Source: an uncultured Phycisphaerales bacterium (GTDB lineage Bacteria; Planctomycetota; Phycisphaerae; Tepidisphaerales; Tepidisphaeraceae). Taken from it: 64,000 nt of DNA. This document shows, piece after piece, positions 18,601 through 30,224 of the stretch. The notes beneath the pieces are model-generated. The model had not been told where the DNA came from. It was given only the letters and a program-made list of their open reading frames with translations, and did not search any database. Where the stretch lies: NCBI GenBank assembly GCA_963755915.1, contig CAVWLP010000003.1, positions 160,001-224,000 on the forward strand, read 5' to 3'. The position numbers and the translations under genes were made by a program. Every line of letters starts with the position of its first letter. Within the stretch, counting starts at the first letter, position 1.

Positions 18601-21600
18601 ATTTTTTATCACGATGTGGATTCAGCCGGCGATGGCGCTGGCGGCGCTGGTTGGGGTGCGGCTGTTGCATGCGCCGGCGCTGGCGGTGGCGGCGCCGTTT
18701 GCGGCGCTGTGGCTGGTTTCGCCGGGGATCGCGTGGTGGGTGAGCCTGCCGATGCAGCCGGCGAAGGCGAAGTTCTCGGCGGACGAGCTGGCGTTTCTGC
18801 AGGTTGTGGCGCGACGGACGTGGAGATTTTTCGAGACGTTCGTGGCGGCGCCGGACAATTTTCTTCCGCCAGACAATTTCCAGGAAGACCCGGCGGTGGG
18901 CGTGGCGCATCGAACTTCGCCGACCAACATCGGCTTGGCGCTGCTTTCGAACCTGGCGGCGATGGACCTGGGATTCATTCCGGCCGGCCGGGCTTTGGAA
19001 ATGACGACACAAACATTGGGCACGCTGGATAAACTGCCACGGCACCGGGGACATTTTTACAATTGGTATGACACGAAAACGCTGGAGGCGCTGCGGCCGC
19101 TGTATGTTTCGACCGTCGATAGCGGGAACATGGCGGGGTTTCTGCTTACGGTGGCGGCGGGGTTCTATGAGATGGGGGGCCGGGCGATTTTCAGCTCGGC
19201 CGCGTTCTCGGGGTTGGAGGCGACGCTGAACGTGATCGCGGAAGTGCACCGGGCGACGGCGGGAAAATCTGGGGCGCAATCGACGGAGATTTTCGCGCCC
19301 CTTCGCCTGGCTTTGCAATCGCCCGCGCTGACGCTCTCGGCGATGTATCAGCTTCTTCAGCGGGTCTCGAGGCTGGCGGGTGAATTGGAAACGTCGGTTC
19401 GAGCGCCGGACAATTCGGAGCTGAAGTGGTGGATGCAGTCGTTTTCGCGGCAGTGCCGGCAGTTCATCGACGAATTGACGCTGCTGGTGCCGTGGGTGGA
19501 ACTGCCGCCGCCTTCGGAGCTGATCTGGAAGCAGGAGAAAGGGGAGACGGTCGTTCATCTTTCGGAACTGCGGCAGTTGCTGAATCGGCTGGATGAGATT
19601 CCAACGCTTGGAAAGGCGGCGCAACTGGAGAGCGAGTTGCTGCCGGTGATCGATGCCGTCACGCAGAAGCTGCGGAAAATTGAAGCGGCGGAGCAATGGC
19701 TGACGCAGTTGCGCAAGGCGGTTTTGGAATCGGCGGAACATGCCGCCAAGCGGCTGGCGGATGCCGAGCTTCTGACGGCGCGGTGCCGGGAATTTGCCGA
19801 TCTGGATTATTCGTTTCTCTACGACGAATCGAGGCGGCTGCTGGCGATTGGATTTGACGTCGGCGAGCGGCGACGCGACGCGGGGTATTACGATCTGCTG
19901 GCGTCCGAGGCGCGGTTGACGAGTTATGTGGCGATCGCGCAGGGGAAATTGCCGCAGGAGCATTGGTTTGCGCTGGGCCGGCTGCTGACGAGCGCGGGGG
20001 GCGAACGGCGCTGCTGTCGTGGAGCGGGTCGATGTTTGAGTATCTGATGCCGCTGCTGGTGATGCCGACGTATACGCATACGCTGCTGGATGAGACGTAT
20101 CAGTCGGTGGTGAAGCGGCAGATTGAGTTTGGCCGGGAGCGTGGCGTGCCGTGGGGAATTTCCGAATCGGGATATAACAAGACGGATGTGCAGCTCAACT
20201 ATCAATACCGCGCGTTCGGCGTTCCGGGATTGGGCTTCCGCCGGGGACTGGCGGACGATTTGGTCATCGCGCCGTACGCGGCGGTGATGGCGTGCATGGT
20301 GGCGCCGAAGGCATCGCTGACGGATTTGCGGCGAATGGCGACGGAAGGTTATCTGGGGAATTACGGCTTTTTCGAGGCGGTCGATTTCACCGCCGCACGG
20401 TTGCCGCCGGACAAGACCAGCGCGGTGGTGCGATCGTTCATGGCGCACCACCAGGGGATGGCGTTGAATTCGCTGCTGTATTTGCTGGCGGGGAAACCGA
20501 TGCAGCGGCGGTTCGATTCGGATCCGGAGATGCGGGCGACGGATTTGCTGCTGCACGAGCGGGTTCCGAAGACGCCGTCGATTTATCCGCATCCGGCGGA
20601 GGTTTCGGAGGCGCGCGGCGTGCCGGCGGAGGCGGCGTCGAACATACGGGTGTACAACACACCGGGCACGGCGGTGCCGGAAGTTCACCTGCTTTCCAAC
20701 GGGCAATATCACGTGGCGGTTACCGCGGCCGGCGGAGGGTACAGCCGGTGGCGCGACCTGGCGGTCACCCGCTGGCAGGAGGACACGACGCGCGATTGCT
20801 GGGGAACCTTCTGTTATCTGCGCGATGTCGAGTCGGGGGAATTCTGGTCGATCACGCATCAGCCGACGCTGAAGCGGGCTTCGTCGTACGAAGCGATTTA
20901 TTCGCAGGGGCGGGCGGAATATCGGCGGCGCGACCGGGACATCGACACGCACGTTGAGATCGCAGTTTCGCCGGAGGACAACATCGAGCTTCGGCGGATT
21001 GCGATCACGAACCGGGGGAGCCGGCCGCGGACGATCGAGCTGACGAGTTATGCCGAGGTGGTGATCGCCAACCCGGCGGCGGACGCGGCGCATCCGGCGT
21101 TCAGCAACCTGTTCGTGCAGACGCAGATCATCCGGCACCGGCAGGCGATTTTGTGCACGCGGCGGCCGCGGTCGGCGCCGGAAACGCCGCCCTGGATGCT
21201 GCATCTGGTTACCGTGCAGGGGAATGCGGTGGGGAGCGAATCGTATGAGACGGCGCGGGACGAATTCATCGGCCGGGGGCGGACGCTGGCCGATCCGGCG
21301 GCGATGCACCGGAGCAATCTTTCCGACAGCGAAGGGGCGGTGCTGGATCCGATCGCAGCGATCCGCACGACGGTGATGATCGGGCCGGATGAGACGGTGC
21401 GGGTGAACCTGGTGACCGGGATGGGGGAGACGCAGGAAGCTGCGACAGCACTGATCGAGAAATATCACGATCGACACCTGGCGGACCGCGTGTTCGAGCT
21501 GGCGTGGACGCACAGCCAGGTGACGCTGCGGCAGCTCGACGCGAGCGAGGCGGAGGCGCAGCTTTACAGCCGGATGGCCAGCAGCATTCTCTATATGAAT

Positions 21601-24546
21601 CCGCTGATGCGCGCGCCGGGGAGCGTGATCGCGCGGAATCGGCGCGGGCAATCGGGGTTGTGGGGGTACAGCATTTCGGGGGATCTGCCGATCGTGCTGC
21701 TGCGGGTGAGCGACGTGAATCAGCTTGCGCTGGTGCGGCAGTTGGTGGTGGCGCATGCCTATTGGCGCGTGAAGGGTTTGACAGTGGACCTGGTGATCTG
21801 GAACGAGGACCAATCGGGATATCGGCAGGCGCTTCAGGACGCGATCATGGGCGTCATCGGCTCGGCGCGGAGAGCAGCCTGCTGGATAAGCCGGGGGGGA
21901 TTTTCGTGCGGCGGGTGGAGCAGATGTCGGAAGAGGACAAGGTGCTGATGCAGACGGTGGCGCGGATCATCATCAGCGACACGGCCGGAACGCTTGCGGA
22001 GCAGGTGGACCGGCGTCCGCGGGCGGAGGCGCTGGTGCCGAGGTTTACACCGGTGCGGCCGCGGCAGCGGGAGGTGCCGGTCGGGGTGGAAATCCCGCGG
22101 CGGGATCTCATCGCGTTCAACGGGATCGGAGGATTCACGCAGGATGGGCGGGAATATGTGATCACCACGACCGCCGAGCGGCCCACGCCGGCGCCTTGGG
22201 CGAATGTGATCGCCAATCCGTATTTTGGAATGGTGATGACGGAAAGCGGCGGGGCTTACACGTGGTGCGAGAATGCGCAGTCGTACCGGCTGACGCCGTG
22301 GTACAACGACTGGATTCGCGACGCCAGCGGCGAGGCGTTTTATATCCGCGACGAGGAGAGCGGGCGTTTCTGGTCGCCGACCCCCCTGCCGGCGCGGGGC
22401 GATGCCCTACACGACGCGGCATGGGTTTGGGTACACGATCTTCGAATATTCGGAGGATGGAATCAGCGCGGAGACGAGCACGTTTGTGGCGACGGATGCG
22501 CCGGTGAAGTTTGCGGTGCTGAAGCTGCAAAACAACTCCGGGCGTCCGCGGCGGGTGTCGATCACGGCGTTTTTGGAACTGGTGCTGGGAGAGCGGCGGC
22601 CGGTAAATGCGATGCACGTGGTTACGGAAATGGATGCCAAGACGGGGGCGCTTTTGCGCGAAATTCCTACGGCGGGGAGTTTGCGCAGCGGATCGCGTTC
22701 CTGGAATGCAGCGAAGCGCTGCGGACGGTTACGGGAGACCGGACGGAATTTCTGGGCCGCAACGGCGGACCGGGACGGCCGGCGTGCATGTCGCGGACGC
22801 GGCTGTCGGGGCGGGTGGGGGCGAACTTCGATCCTTGCGCAGCGATGCAGGTGATGATCGATCTGCCCGACGGGCGCGAGCGGGAGGTGGCGTTCATCAT
22901 CGGCTCGGGGCGGGATGCGGCGGATGCGCGGACGCTGATCGGACGGTTTCGCGGGGTTGATCCGGCCCGCGATGCGCAGACGAAGGTGTGGGAATATTGG
23001 AATCACGCGCTGGGAGCGGTGCACGTGGAAACGCCGGATGCGGCGGTCAATTACCTGGCCAACGGGTGGCTGCTGTATCAGACGATGGCGTGCCGTTTTT
23101 TGGGCGCAGCGGGTTTTATCAGTCGGGCGGGGCCTTTGGGTTCCGCGACCAGCTTCAGGACGTGTGCGCGTTTGTGCATGCGGAGCCGGAGATTCTGCGG
23201 GCGCATCTGGTGCGGTGCGCTGCGCGGCAGTTTCGCGAGGGAGACGTGCAGCACTGGTGGCACCCACCAAGCGGACGCGGGGTTCGGACGCGAATCTCGG
23301 ACGATTATCTGTGGCTGCCGTATGCGACGTGCCGGTATATCGCGGCGCTGGGGGATACGGGGGTGCTGGATGAGAAGACGAACTTTTTGGAGGGGCGTCA
23401 GGTTAAGCCGGACGAGGACAGCTACTTTGATTCGCCGGTGCGGTCGGAGGAATCGGCGTCGCTTTATGAGCACTGCGTGCGGGCGATCAAGAATGGGCTT
23501 AAGTTTGGAGATCATGGGCTGCCGCTGATGGGGACGGGAGATTGGAACGACGGGGAGAATCTCGTCGGCGAGCATGGGAAGGGTGAGAGCGTCTGGCTGG
23601 CGTTTTTCCTTTACGACGTGCTGATGAAGTTTGAGCCGATTGCGCGGCTGCGGAATGATGCGGCGTTCGCCGACTTGTGTGCGTCGGAGGCGGCGAGGCT
23701 GAAGGCGAATGTCGAAGAGCACGCGTGGGATGGGGAGTGGTATAAGCGGGCGTATTTTGACGATGGGGAGCCGCTGGGGTCGGCGTCGAACGATGAGTGC
23801 CGGATCGATTCGATCGCGCAGAGCTGGGCCGTTATCTCCAAAGCTGCGCGGCGGAGCGGGCGCGTAAGGCGATGGAGCAGGTGGATCAGCAACTGGTGAA
23901 GCGGGATCTGGGGCTGATCCAGCTTTTCGATCCGCCGTTCGACAAATCGCATTTGAATCCGGGTTACATCAAAGGATATGTGCCGGGGGTGCGCGAGAAT
24001 GGCGGACAATACACGCACGCGGCGGTTTGGGCGGTTATCGCGTTTGCGGAAATGGGGGACGTGGAGCGGGCGTGGGAACTGTTTAATCTGATCAACCCGG
24101 TGCATCACGGAGACAGCGACACGGGGATCGAGAAATACAAAGTTGAGCCGTATGTGATGGCGGCGGATATTTACAAGAATCCGCGGCATGCCGGGCGCGG
24201 GGGATGGACTTGGTACACGGGGTCGGCGGGGTGGAGCTATCGTTTGCTGGTGGAGTCGCTGCTGGGGGTGCAGTTGAAGGTGGACCGGCTGCACCTTTCG
24301 CCGCGGACGCCGAAGGGGTGGGAGTGGTTTAAGATTCATTATCGGTACCGAGAGACGTTTCATCATATTCACGTTCAGAATCGCGGCGGAACGGGTGTGA
24401 GCCGGGTCGTCGCGGACGGCGTCGAGCAGGCGGATAAGACGATCCCGCTGGTGGATGATCGTCGGGAACACCAGATTGAAGTGGAGCTGGGGGGAGCGGG
24501 GGAAATTTTGGGGGTCGGCGAAAGCGGGGATCAGCGAGCCAGATGA
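15670..24546 (+). CDS. ndvB: cyclic beta-1,2-glucan synthase (Cgs/NdvB/ChvB type, with C-terminal GH94 phosphorylase); about 8 frameshifts
   Basis: [88 protein letters not shown] in order across successive ORFs. Confidence 0.92.
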
Positions 24547-24673
24547 GGAATTGGAGTGAGCGGGCGGGGTTTAAGAAGGATGGTTTGGGTTTTTTGGGCA
24601 TGGGTGAGCTCTGTGAGGGGGTTGCGAGAAAATGTTTGGCGAATTGAAATCCGCCGGTGGGGACACCGGCGGC

Positions 24674-24717
24674 ACTGAAGACGCGCCCCGCAAGCGGGGC
24701 CGCTAAACTTGGGGAGG
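24674..24717 (+). repeat. hairpin repeat family C (GCGCCCNGC-AA-GCNGGG-CGGCTA.AC); other copies 25811-25854, 26730-26780, 28151-28174, 11752-11778
   Basis: Stems covary (ccccgc/gcgggg, cccagc/gctggg, ccgtgc/gcacgg) with a conserved GCTAnAC tail. Confidence 0.75.
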
Positions 24718-24786
24718 ACGGTTGTGTCGGGACATTCGGAATATTATCTGGTATTCGGGCCCTCACCCTAACCCTCCCCCGGATTA

Positions 24787-25789
24787 CCCAACATATTTCA
24801 TCTATGCCGTAAGTCCTTTTATTTGGCACTGCCGCAAGGCCAGGATGATCAACTTGGCGATGACCCACCGGGCCACTCGTCGTGGCCGACGGACCCAACT
24901 CGGCAAAGATTGCAGTCCGCCGCCGAAATTGCACAGATGTGCCAGATCCCGCTCGATGTCGCCCCGCAGTCCATAAAGTTCCCGGCCGAACGGGTTGGGA
25001 GCGTCCGCCTCCAGCAGTTCAATGCATCGCAAGCGTGCCGGGCAGTGCTTGCCATGTCCCAAGCCGCTCCCGGGTGCTTTACGTTTGGCCAGCAGTTGGA
25101 AACCGTGGGTCATGGCATGCCAGTGGAGCGGATTGGTCTCATGAGTGGCATCGGCCAGCAGATAGCCGGTGGCATTTGAACCATTTTGAGTCAGTCGATC
25201 GATCAACTCAATGCCGCATTGCTGATCCGAGACGTTCAGGGACGCCAGCAGCAGCGGATCGGGCACCAGTCCGCGTCCCCAGGCGGCGGCCAGTTTGTAA
25301 CCGCGGGCCAGACCTCCGGTGGCGTAGCCCCTCCTGGCATCTCGATCCTTTGAGAATCCGCTGACCACCAGCGGCTTGGTATCGACCCGCCAACAAAGAC
25401 CGAGTCCCGATCCCATCACCGCTGCAACTCGATAATAGAGTTGGGCCAGCAGCGTGCAGCAGGAAAGAGTTTTGAGCCGTCGGCTCATGGTTGCCTCGCT
25501 GGGCAGCGTCATCCATTGCATCGTTGCAGGCCAGTGACCAGGCTGGCAAGCCCAACGAATGGGGCGATCGTGCAACAGCGCCCAAAAGAAAACCAGAAGA
25601 ATGACGGCATCGGTAAACTGCGCGTATTTGGGACGGGGGTGGTGTTTGGCTTCCCGCCCTACGATGGCGTAAAGTGCCTCGAATAGTTCGCCTTCCATGG
25701 CAAATCTCCTTGTTTGAGACCAAGAAGATCAGCATGGAGGCGAACTCTTGTTTTTGCCAGCATTTAGTTCATTGTTGAAAAATGTTGGG
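24787..25789 (-). mobile_element. insertion sequence, about 1.0 kb (IS982/IS5-like DDE)
   Basis: Terminal inverted repeats cccaacatatttca / tgaaaaatgttggg (13/14); flanks atta / agta; single transposase. Confidence 0.85.
24802..25698 (-). CDS. DDE transposase
   Basis: LPSEATMSRRL, VDTKPL..KDRDARRG..GYKL, YLLAD, RGDIER. Confidence 0.85.
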   Translation of the reverse strand: MEGELFEALYAIVGREAKHHPRPKYAQFTDAVILLVFFWALLHDRPIRWACQPGHWPATMQWMTLPSEATMSRRLKTLSCCTLLAQLYYRVAAVMGSGLGLCWRVDTKPLVVSGFSKDRDARRGYATGGLARGYKLAAAWGRGLVPDPLLLASLNVSDQQCGIELIDRLTQNGSNATGYLLADATHETNPLHWHAMTHGFQLLAKRKAPGSGLGHGKHCPARLRCIELLEADAPNPFGRELYGLRGDIERDLAHLCNFGGGLQSLPSWVRRPRRVARWVIAKLIILALRQCQIKGLTA

Positions 25790-25859
25790 AGTACCGGGAG
25801 AGGGGGGAAGACTGAAGACGCGCCCAGCAAGCTGGGCGGCTACACTTGGGGAGGGACAG

Positions 25860-26369
25860 CTACCCGACTTTGGGACCCAGGATGGGAATGGGCCAGGGTT
25901 CGAAGGGGATCTCCGGTGGTTTTTCTTTTGGGGGGGCTGGGGCTTTGAAGCGGGAGGCGGCGGAGAGAAGGATGTGGGCGGCGCGGAAGCGGTTTTTGTC
26001 GTTTTCGTCGGTGAGGAATTTGGAAAGGACAGTGGCGGCGGTGAGGGCGTAGGTCTGGCAGCGGTCGGTGGCGGCTTGATGGAGCTGAATTCGGGCGTCG
26101 GTGAGAGCCTGGCGGTAGTCGTCGTTTTGGGTTTTCCATCGCCAAAGGGTTTTGGGAGAGAGGGCGAGGGCTTTGGCGATTTGGGAATCGCGGAGTCCCT
26201 GGAGGGCGAGCTCGATGGCTCGGGATTGGACGTTGGAGAGATTGGCGATGGGGGCGATGTCCGAAGATATCCGGAAGTGCCCGGGATTTGAGCGCGAGAT
26301 TTCTTCTCCCTCTTCGGGTTGGGGGTATTCGTGCGGGTGCGGAGGGAGATTAAGGTCGTCGTTGGGCAT
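25860..26369 (-). CDS. HTH-containing hypothetical protein
   Basis: QSRAIELALQG.RDSQIAKALALSPKTLWRWK; AAAGGAA RBS before MPNDD. Confidence 0.6.
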   Translation of the reverse strand: MPNDDLNLPPHPHEYPQPEEGEEISRSNPGHFRISSDIAPIANLSNVQSRAIELALQGLRDSQIAKALALSPKTLWRWKTQNDDYRQALTDARIQLHQAATDRCQTYALTAATVLSKFLTDENDKNRFRAAHILLSAASRFKAPAPPKEKPPEIPFEPWPIPILGPKVG

Positions 26370-26740
26370 GGTGGTTCCTTTCTGTTTAGAGAATGCAGAG
26401 GAAAAATTGCAGGCGTCTATATACAGGTCCAAAAGGTGTACGTTTTGGACCTATTTTTGAGAAATCCGCAGATTTTTGTGGAGAAGATTTCACGGATTGA
26501 CAAGAATTTGAAATGTGAATGGGGGGTATGGAGGAATTTGTGGTGGATTGAGCGGGTTGCATTTATTGGGGGGCGTTGCTGGGTGCGATGAAAAGAGGAG
26601 GAAGAGTATTTTCGGTTGTGGTTTGTGTGACGAGAAGATGCGGGAGCTCGTATATAATAGGCGGTTCCGCTGCGGGGGCACATGGCTGGACTGGTGACGT
26701 TCGGGGCGACCTAGAGGTGTTGGGCGGGAGAGCGCCGTGC

Positions 26741-26764
26741 GGTTCGACACAGCTCACCGAAGTC
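26741..26764. repeat. 24-26 bp mini-element family D (GACTTCGGYGAGC..AGTCGARCC); other copies 51269-51292, 56726-56751, 59169-59194, 59241-59266, 59308-59361
   Basis: Six copies, each interrupting another repeat. Confidence 0.85.
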
Positions 26765-26914
26765 AAGCACGGCGGCTACACGGGGAGAAGTTGGGGAAGG
26801 CATCCAACCTGAGTTTCGCGGACCAGTAGCGGGGTAAGCGTGAATGGACGGCGGGCGGATTCCGTCTATAGTTGTAGAGGCGGGTTTTTCACGTCGGGGC
26901 GGAAAGGATCATTT

Positions 26915-28057
26915 ATGGCGATCAAATCTCTTGTTGTCGGTGCGCTATTTGTCGCGCTGCCGCTGGGCGCGGCGGGACAGACAACGGAGCCATCGGGAGA
27001 CGCGGCTGAAGTCTATTTGCAGGCGGCGCGATTGATTCGCGATGACGATGCCAGAAATATCATGTCTCCGGCTTCGTCGAATGCGGTGTTTCCGCGCGAA
27101 TATCCACCGCTGCCGGACGAGTGGGTGCAGATGGAGAGGCAGGATTACCACCTTCATGCCGAGGTGCGGGAGCTGGCGCACGAAGCGGGGCTGATGCAGC
27201 GGGCGAATTGGCCGGTGTTCAAGAGGTTGGGGCCGAATAATTTCAGCTACTTGAACGAAATGCGGAACCTGGCGAACGAACTTGGCGATGCGGCGAAGTA
27301 CCAGAGCCTGGTTCTGAACCAGCAGCCGGCGGCGTTTGGGACGGCGGGAGATTTGCTGCGTCTGGAATCCATGCTCAAGGATCAACCCGGGGAAATTCTG
27401 GTGCGGTTGCTGGTTGGCGAGGGGATCGATGCGCTGGCGCAATCGCGGTTGATGGTGATGATCGCGAACGCGAAAATCACGGATGATCCATCTGACGCGC
27501 ACGATCTTCCGCTGGCGACGGCGACGCAGTGGATCGGGCGGCTGCTGGACCATCCCGATGCGGAGGCGGAATTGCAGCAGTCGTTGAAGAACGAGCCGGC
27601 GGGAGCTCAGAACGATCCGATCATGAAGCCGTCGCTGGTTCGGATTCTTCAAACGATTCACCGAGCGCAGACGGAACGGGATCTGGCGGCGATGTCGCTG
27701 GCGGCGCATGTTTATGAGTTTAAACAGGGGCGATGGCCGGCGAATCTTGCGGAGCTGGCGACGGAGTTGCCGCGGGTGCCGGTGGATGCGTTTGGGGATG
27801 GAAAACAGACGCTGGGATATGTGCTGATCGCGGGGGGGTTGCCGGATGGATCGGATCGGCCGCTGGTTTATTCGCATGAGCGGATGAAGGATGGATTGTT
27901 TTTCCGGACGGATGAGCCGCAATACGATTATTACAGCTCCGATGGGTCGAACCTGCCGGTGACGCGACAGAAGCACGGGGGGCAGTTCCGGGATGTGGCG
28001 GGCTGGTCGCCGCAGGGGACGCGGGCGGGAGTTGCGACGACGCAGCCGGTGCCGTGA
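26915..28057 (+). CDS. secreted hypothetical protein
   Basis: Signal peptide; GRWPANLAEL..VPVDAF motif; ends ATTQPVP. Confidence 0.7.
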   Translation: MAIKSLVVGALFVALPLGAAGQTTEPSGDAAEVYLQAARLIRDDDARNIMSPASSNAVFPREYPPLPDEWVQMERQDYHLHAEVRELAHEAGLMQRANWPVFKRLGPNNFSYLNEMRNLANELGDAAKYQSLVLNQQPAAFGTAGDLLRLESMLKDQPGEILVRLLVGEGIDALAQSRLMVMIANAKITDDPSDAHDLPLATATQWIGRLLDHPDAEAELQQSLKNEPAGAQNDPIMKPSLVRILQTIHRAQTERDLAAMSLAAHVYEFKQGRWPANLAELATELPRVPVDAFGDGKQTLGYVLIAGGLPDGSDRPLVYSHERMKDGLFFRTDEPQYDYYSSDGSNLPVTRQKHGGQFRDVAGWSPQGTRAGVATTQPVP

Positions 28058-28096
28058 GGCAGGGCAATCGCACATGCCTTGAAAAAATGCGAATGA

Positions 28097-28138
28097 CCCC
28101 CCACCCTAACCCTCCCCCGGAGTACCAGGGGAGGGGGG
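28097..28138 (+). repeat. REP-like family A (CCCTCACCCTAACCCTCCCCCGG-AGTA-CCGGGGGAGGG); other copies 24760-24786 + 25790-25807, 29296-29336, 30065-30103, 51167-51206, 56875-56915, 62252-62351
   Basis: At least 7 copies of a pyrimidine-rich leader plus GC hairpin. Confidence 0.85.
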
Positions 28139-28224
28139 AAAAGAAACGCGCACCCCTGCGGGGTTGCGGCTAAACGGCAAAGGGGATATATCGCGATTGC
28201 GGTTTCCGATTTAGAATCTCCCGC

Positions 28225-28737
28225 TTGAGCGACCTGATTCTCAATTCGACGAAGTACGACGGCAGCCTGCATTATCGGTATGGGGTGCGGGAGGTTGATC
28301 GGCGGGAGGACCGGCTGACGACGTTCATCGCGCCGGGATCGCCGATTGAAAGTTATCGGGGGCGCTGGACTGGGAAGAAAAATTTTCTGAGCACGTTTTG
28401 GACGGAAAAGCCGTATGTGCTGCACGTGCGGTGGGATGAGGTCTGGACGCCGGAGTTTTTGTACGTCGATATTGCCACGCGCACGAATTGGGACGATCGG
28501 ACCGTGCGGTATGTCGACCTGGATCTGGATTTGATTCTGCGGCACGACGCGACGGCGATTCATCTGGACGATGAGGATGAATTCGAGCAGCACCGCGTGC
28601 GATTTGCTTATCCCGCGGCGCTGGTGACGCAATGCCATGAGGCGGTGCAGGAGGTTCGGCGGCTGCTGGATGGGGGCGAGCGGCCGTTCACGAAAGCGCT
28701 GTTCGCATGGCGGCCGGGGATGGGGGTCGATTGGTGA
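28225..28737 (+). CDS. DUF402 family protein
   Basis: KYDGSLHY, YVDIAT, YVDLDLDL, DEDEF. Confidence 0.8.
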   Translation: MSDLILNSTKYDGSLHYRYGVREVDRREDRLTTFIAPGSPIESYRGRWTGKKNFLSTFWTEKPYVLHVRWDEVWTPEFLYVDIATRTNWDDRTVRYVDLDLDLILRHDATAIHLDDEDEFEQHRVRFAYPAALVTQCHEAVQEVRRLLDGGERPFTKALFAWRPGMGVDW

Positions 28738-28855
28738 GGGGGCGCGAGCGCAGCCTGTCGCAGGCAGGCTCCGAGCTTTACTTTTTCTTGCCTGTTTCAT
28801 AGAACGGACTCTTGCGCATTTCTAAACAGTTCAAACCCAAAAGGAGACCGCGCCA

Positions 28856-29161
28856 ATGAAAATGCTGATGTTGGTCACGTTGCCGAATGAGCCGTTCAAT
28901 ACGGCCGTGCGGGATGGAACGGCGGCGACGAAGATGAAAAAGATTCTGGATGCGTGTAAGCCGGAAGCCGCCTACTTCACGGAGCAGGACGGGGGGCGCG
29001 GGGGAATTTTCGTGGTTGAAGTGACGGATTCGTCGAAGATTCCGGGGCTTGCCGAGCCGTGGTTTCTGACGTTTAACGCGGATGTGAAATTCCGGATTGT
29101 GATGAGCCCGGGGGAATTGAGCCAGTCGGGGTTGGATGAGATTGGGAAGAAGTGGCGGTGA
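28856..29161 (+). CDS. conserved small protein (GYD/DUF3303-like)
   Basis: KPEAAYFTEQDGGRG..IPGLAEPWFL; AAGGAG RBS. Confidence 0.7.
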   Translation: MKMLMLVTLPNEPFNTAVRDGTAATKMKKILDACKPEAAYFTEQDGGRGGIFVVEVTDSSKIPGLAEPWFLTFNADVKFRIVMSPGELSQSGLDEIGKKWR

Positions 29162-29367
29162 TGCGGCGGGTGTGTGGGGAATCCCTGGCGTTGTCTAACC
29201 TTTGACGTGCCGCGCACTATCTGTCTGCTTGTATGTAAGCAGAGGGCAACGGGCGGAAGCGGGTGAGGGCGGTTGGGGGGAGAAATTATTTTAGGCCCTC
29301 ACCCCCAACCCTCTACCGGAGTACCGGGCGAGGGGGTAAATTCGAATGGATCAGCTATGGACGCAAT

Positions 29368-30054
29368 TCAGGCTGGCTTGGCTGGGGGCTCCGGGGCGTC
29401 GACGAGGATTTTGGCGGCGGCGGCGGTTCCGAGGGATACCTCGCCGCGGCGGGTGATGCGGATTTTGACGGCTTCGGCGACGGAGTCGCGGGTGAGGACG
29501 GTTACCACCGAGCCGGGCATCAGGCCGGTGCGCTCGACGAACTGCAGGAATTCCGGCTGCTGGTCGAGCATTCTCGCGATTTTCTGGGGGGAGCCGATGG
29601 GACAGTCGGCCAAGCTCATGAGGGGGCGTTCGTGGAGATGTCCTTTGGGGGTGGGGATGGGGTCGCCGTGGGGATCGACCGTGGGGTGGCCTAACAGCGC
29701 GTCCATACGCTCCAGGACGCGGTCGGAGATGGCGTGCTCGAGGGTGTCGGCTTCGTCGTGGACGACGGACCAGTCGAGGCCAAGCACTTTTACGAGAAAG
29801 AGCTCGACGAGGCGATGGCGGCGGAGGACGTGGAGGGCGAGCTGCTCGCCGCTGCGGGTGAGCTTAACGCCTTCCCGCGGCTCGTAGAGGACGAGGCCGG
29901 AATCGGCGAGGGCTTTTACCATTGAAGTGGCGGTTCCGGGGACTACGCCCATCGCGGCGGCGAGGCGACCCATCGAAACCATCGGCTCGGCACCGGTGGT
30001 GCGCTGCTCGAGGTAAAGCTGCTTCAAGTAGTTTTCGACGGTGCTGGTGGCCAT
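29368..30054 (-). CDS. mntR: DtxR/MntR-family metal-dependent repressor
   Basis: ENYLK, RRHRLVELFL, EADTLEH, DPHGDPIP, FeoA-like C-terminal domain; divergent from mntH. Confidence 0.88.
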   Translation of the reverse strand: MATSTVENYLKQLYLEQRTTGAEPMVSMGRLAAAMGVVPGTATSMVKALADSGLVLYEPREGVKLTRSGEQLALHVLRRHRLVELFLVKVLGLDWSVVHDEADTLEHAISDRVLERMDALLGHPTVDPHGDPIPTPKGHLHERPLMSLADCPIGSPQKIARMLDQQPEFLQFVERTGLMPGSVVTVLTRDSVAEAVKIRITRRGEVSLGTAAAAKILVDAPEPPAKPA

Positions 30055-30138
30055 ATCCTCAGAACCCCCTCCCTAACCCTCCGCGGGAACACCGGGGACG
30101 GGGAGAGAAGGCAAAAATACTACTCCTACAGGCCGCGG

Positions 30139-30185
30139 TTGACAATTACGATATATGATTGTATCGTATTTTGAGTAATCAAAAT
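30139..30185 (+). promoter_or_regulatory. sigma70 promoter of mntH with two overlapping palindromes (candidate MntR operators)
   Basis: TTGACA-17bp-TATCGT; TACGATA-N8-TATCGTA (30147-30168) and ATTTTGA-N4-TCAAAAT (30168-30185). Confidence 0.65.
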
Positions 30186-30224
30186 TATCAGGCCGAACGT
30201 CCGAATAAATATTTGTTCTGCGCC

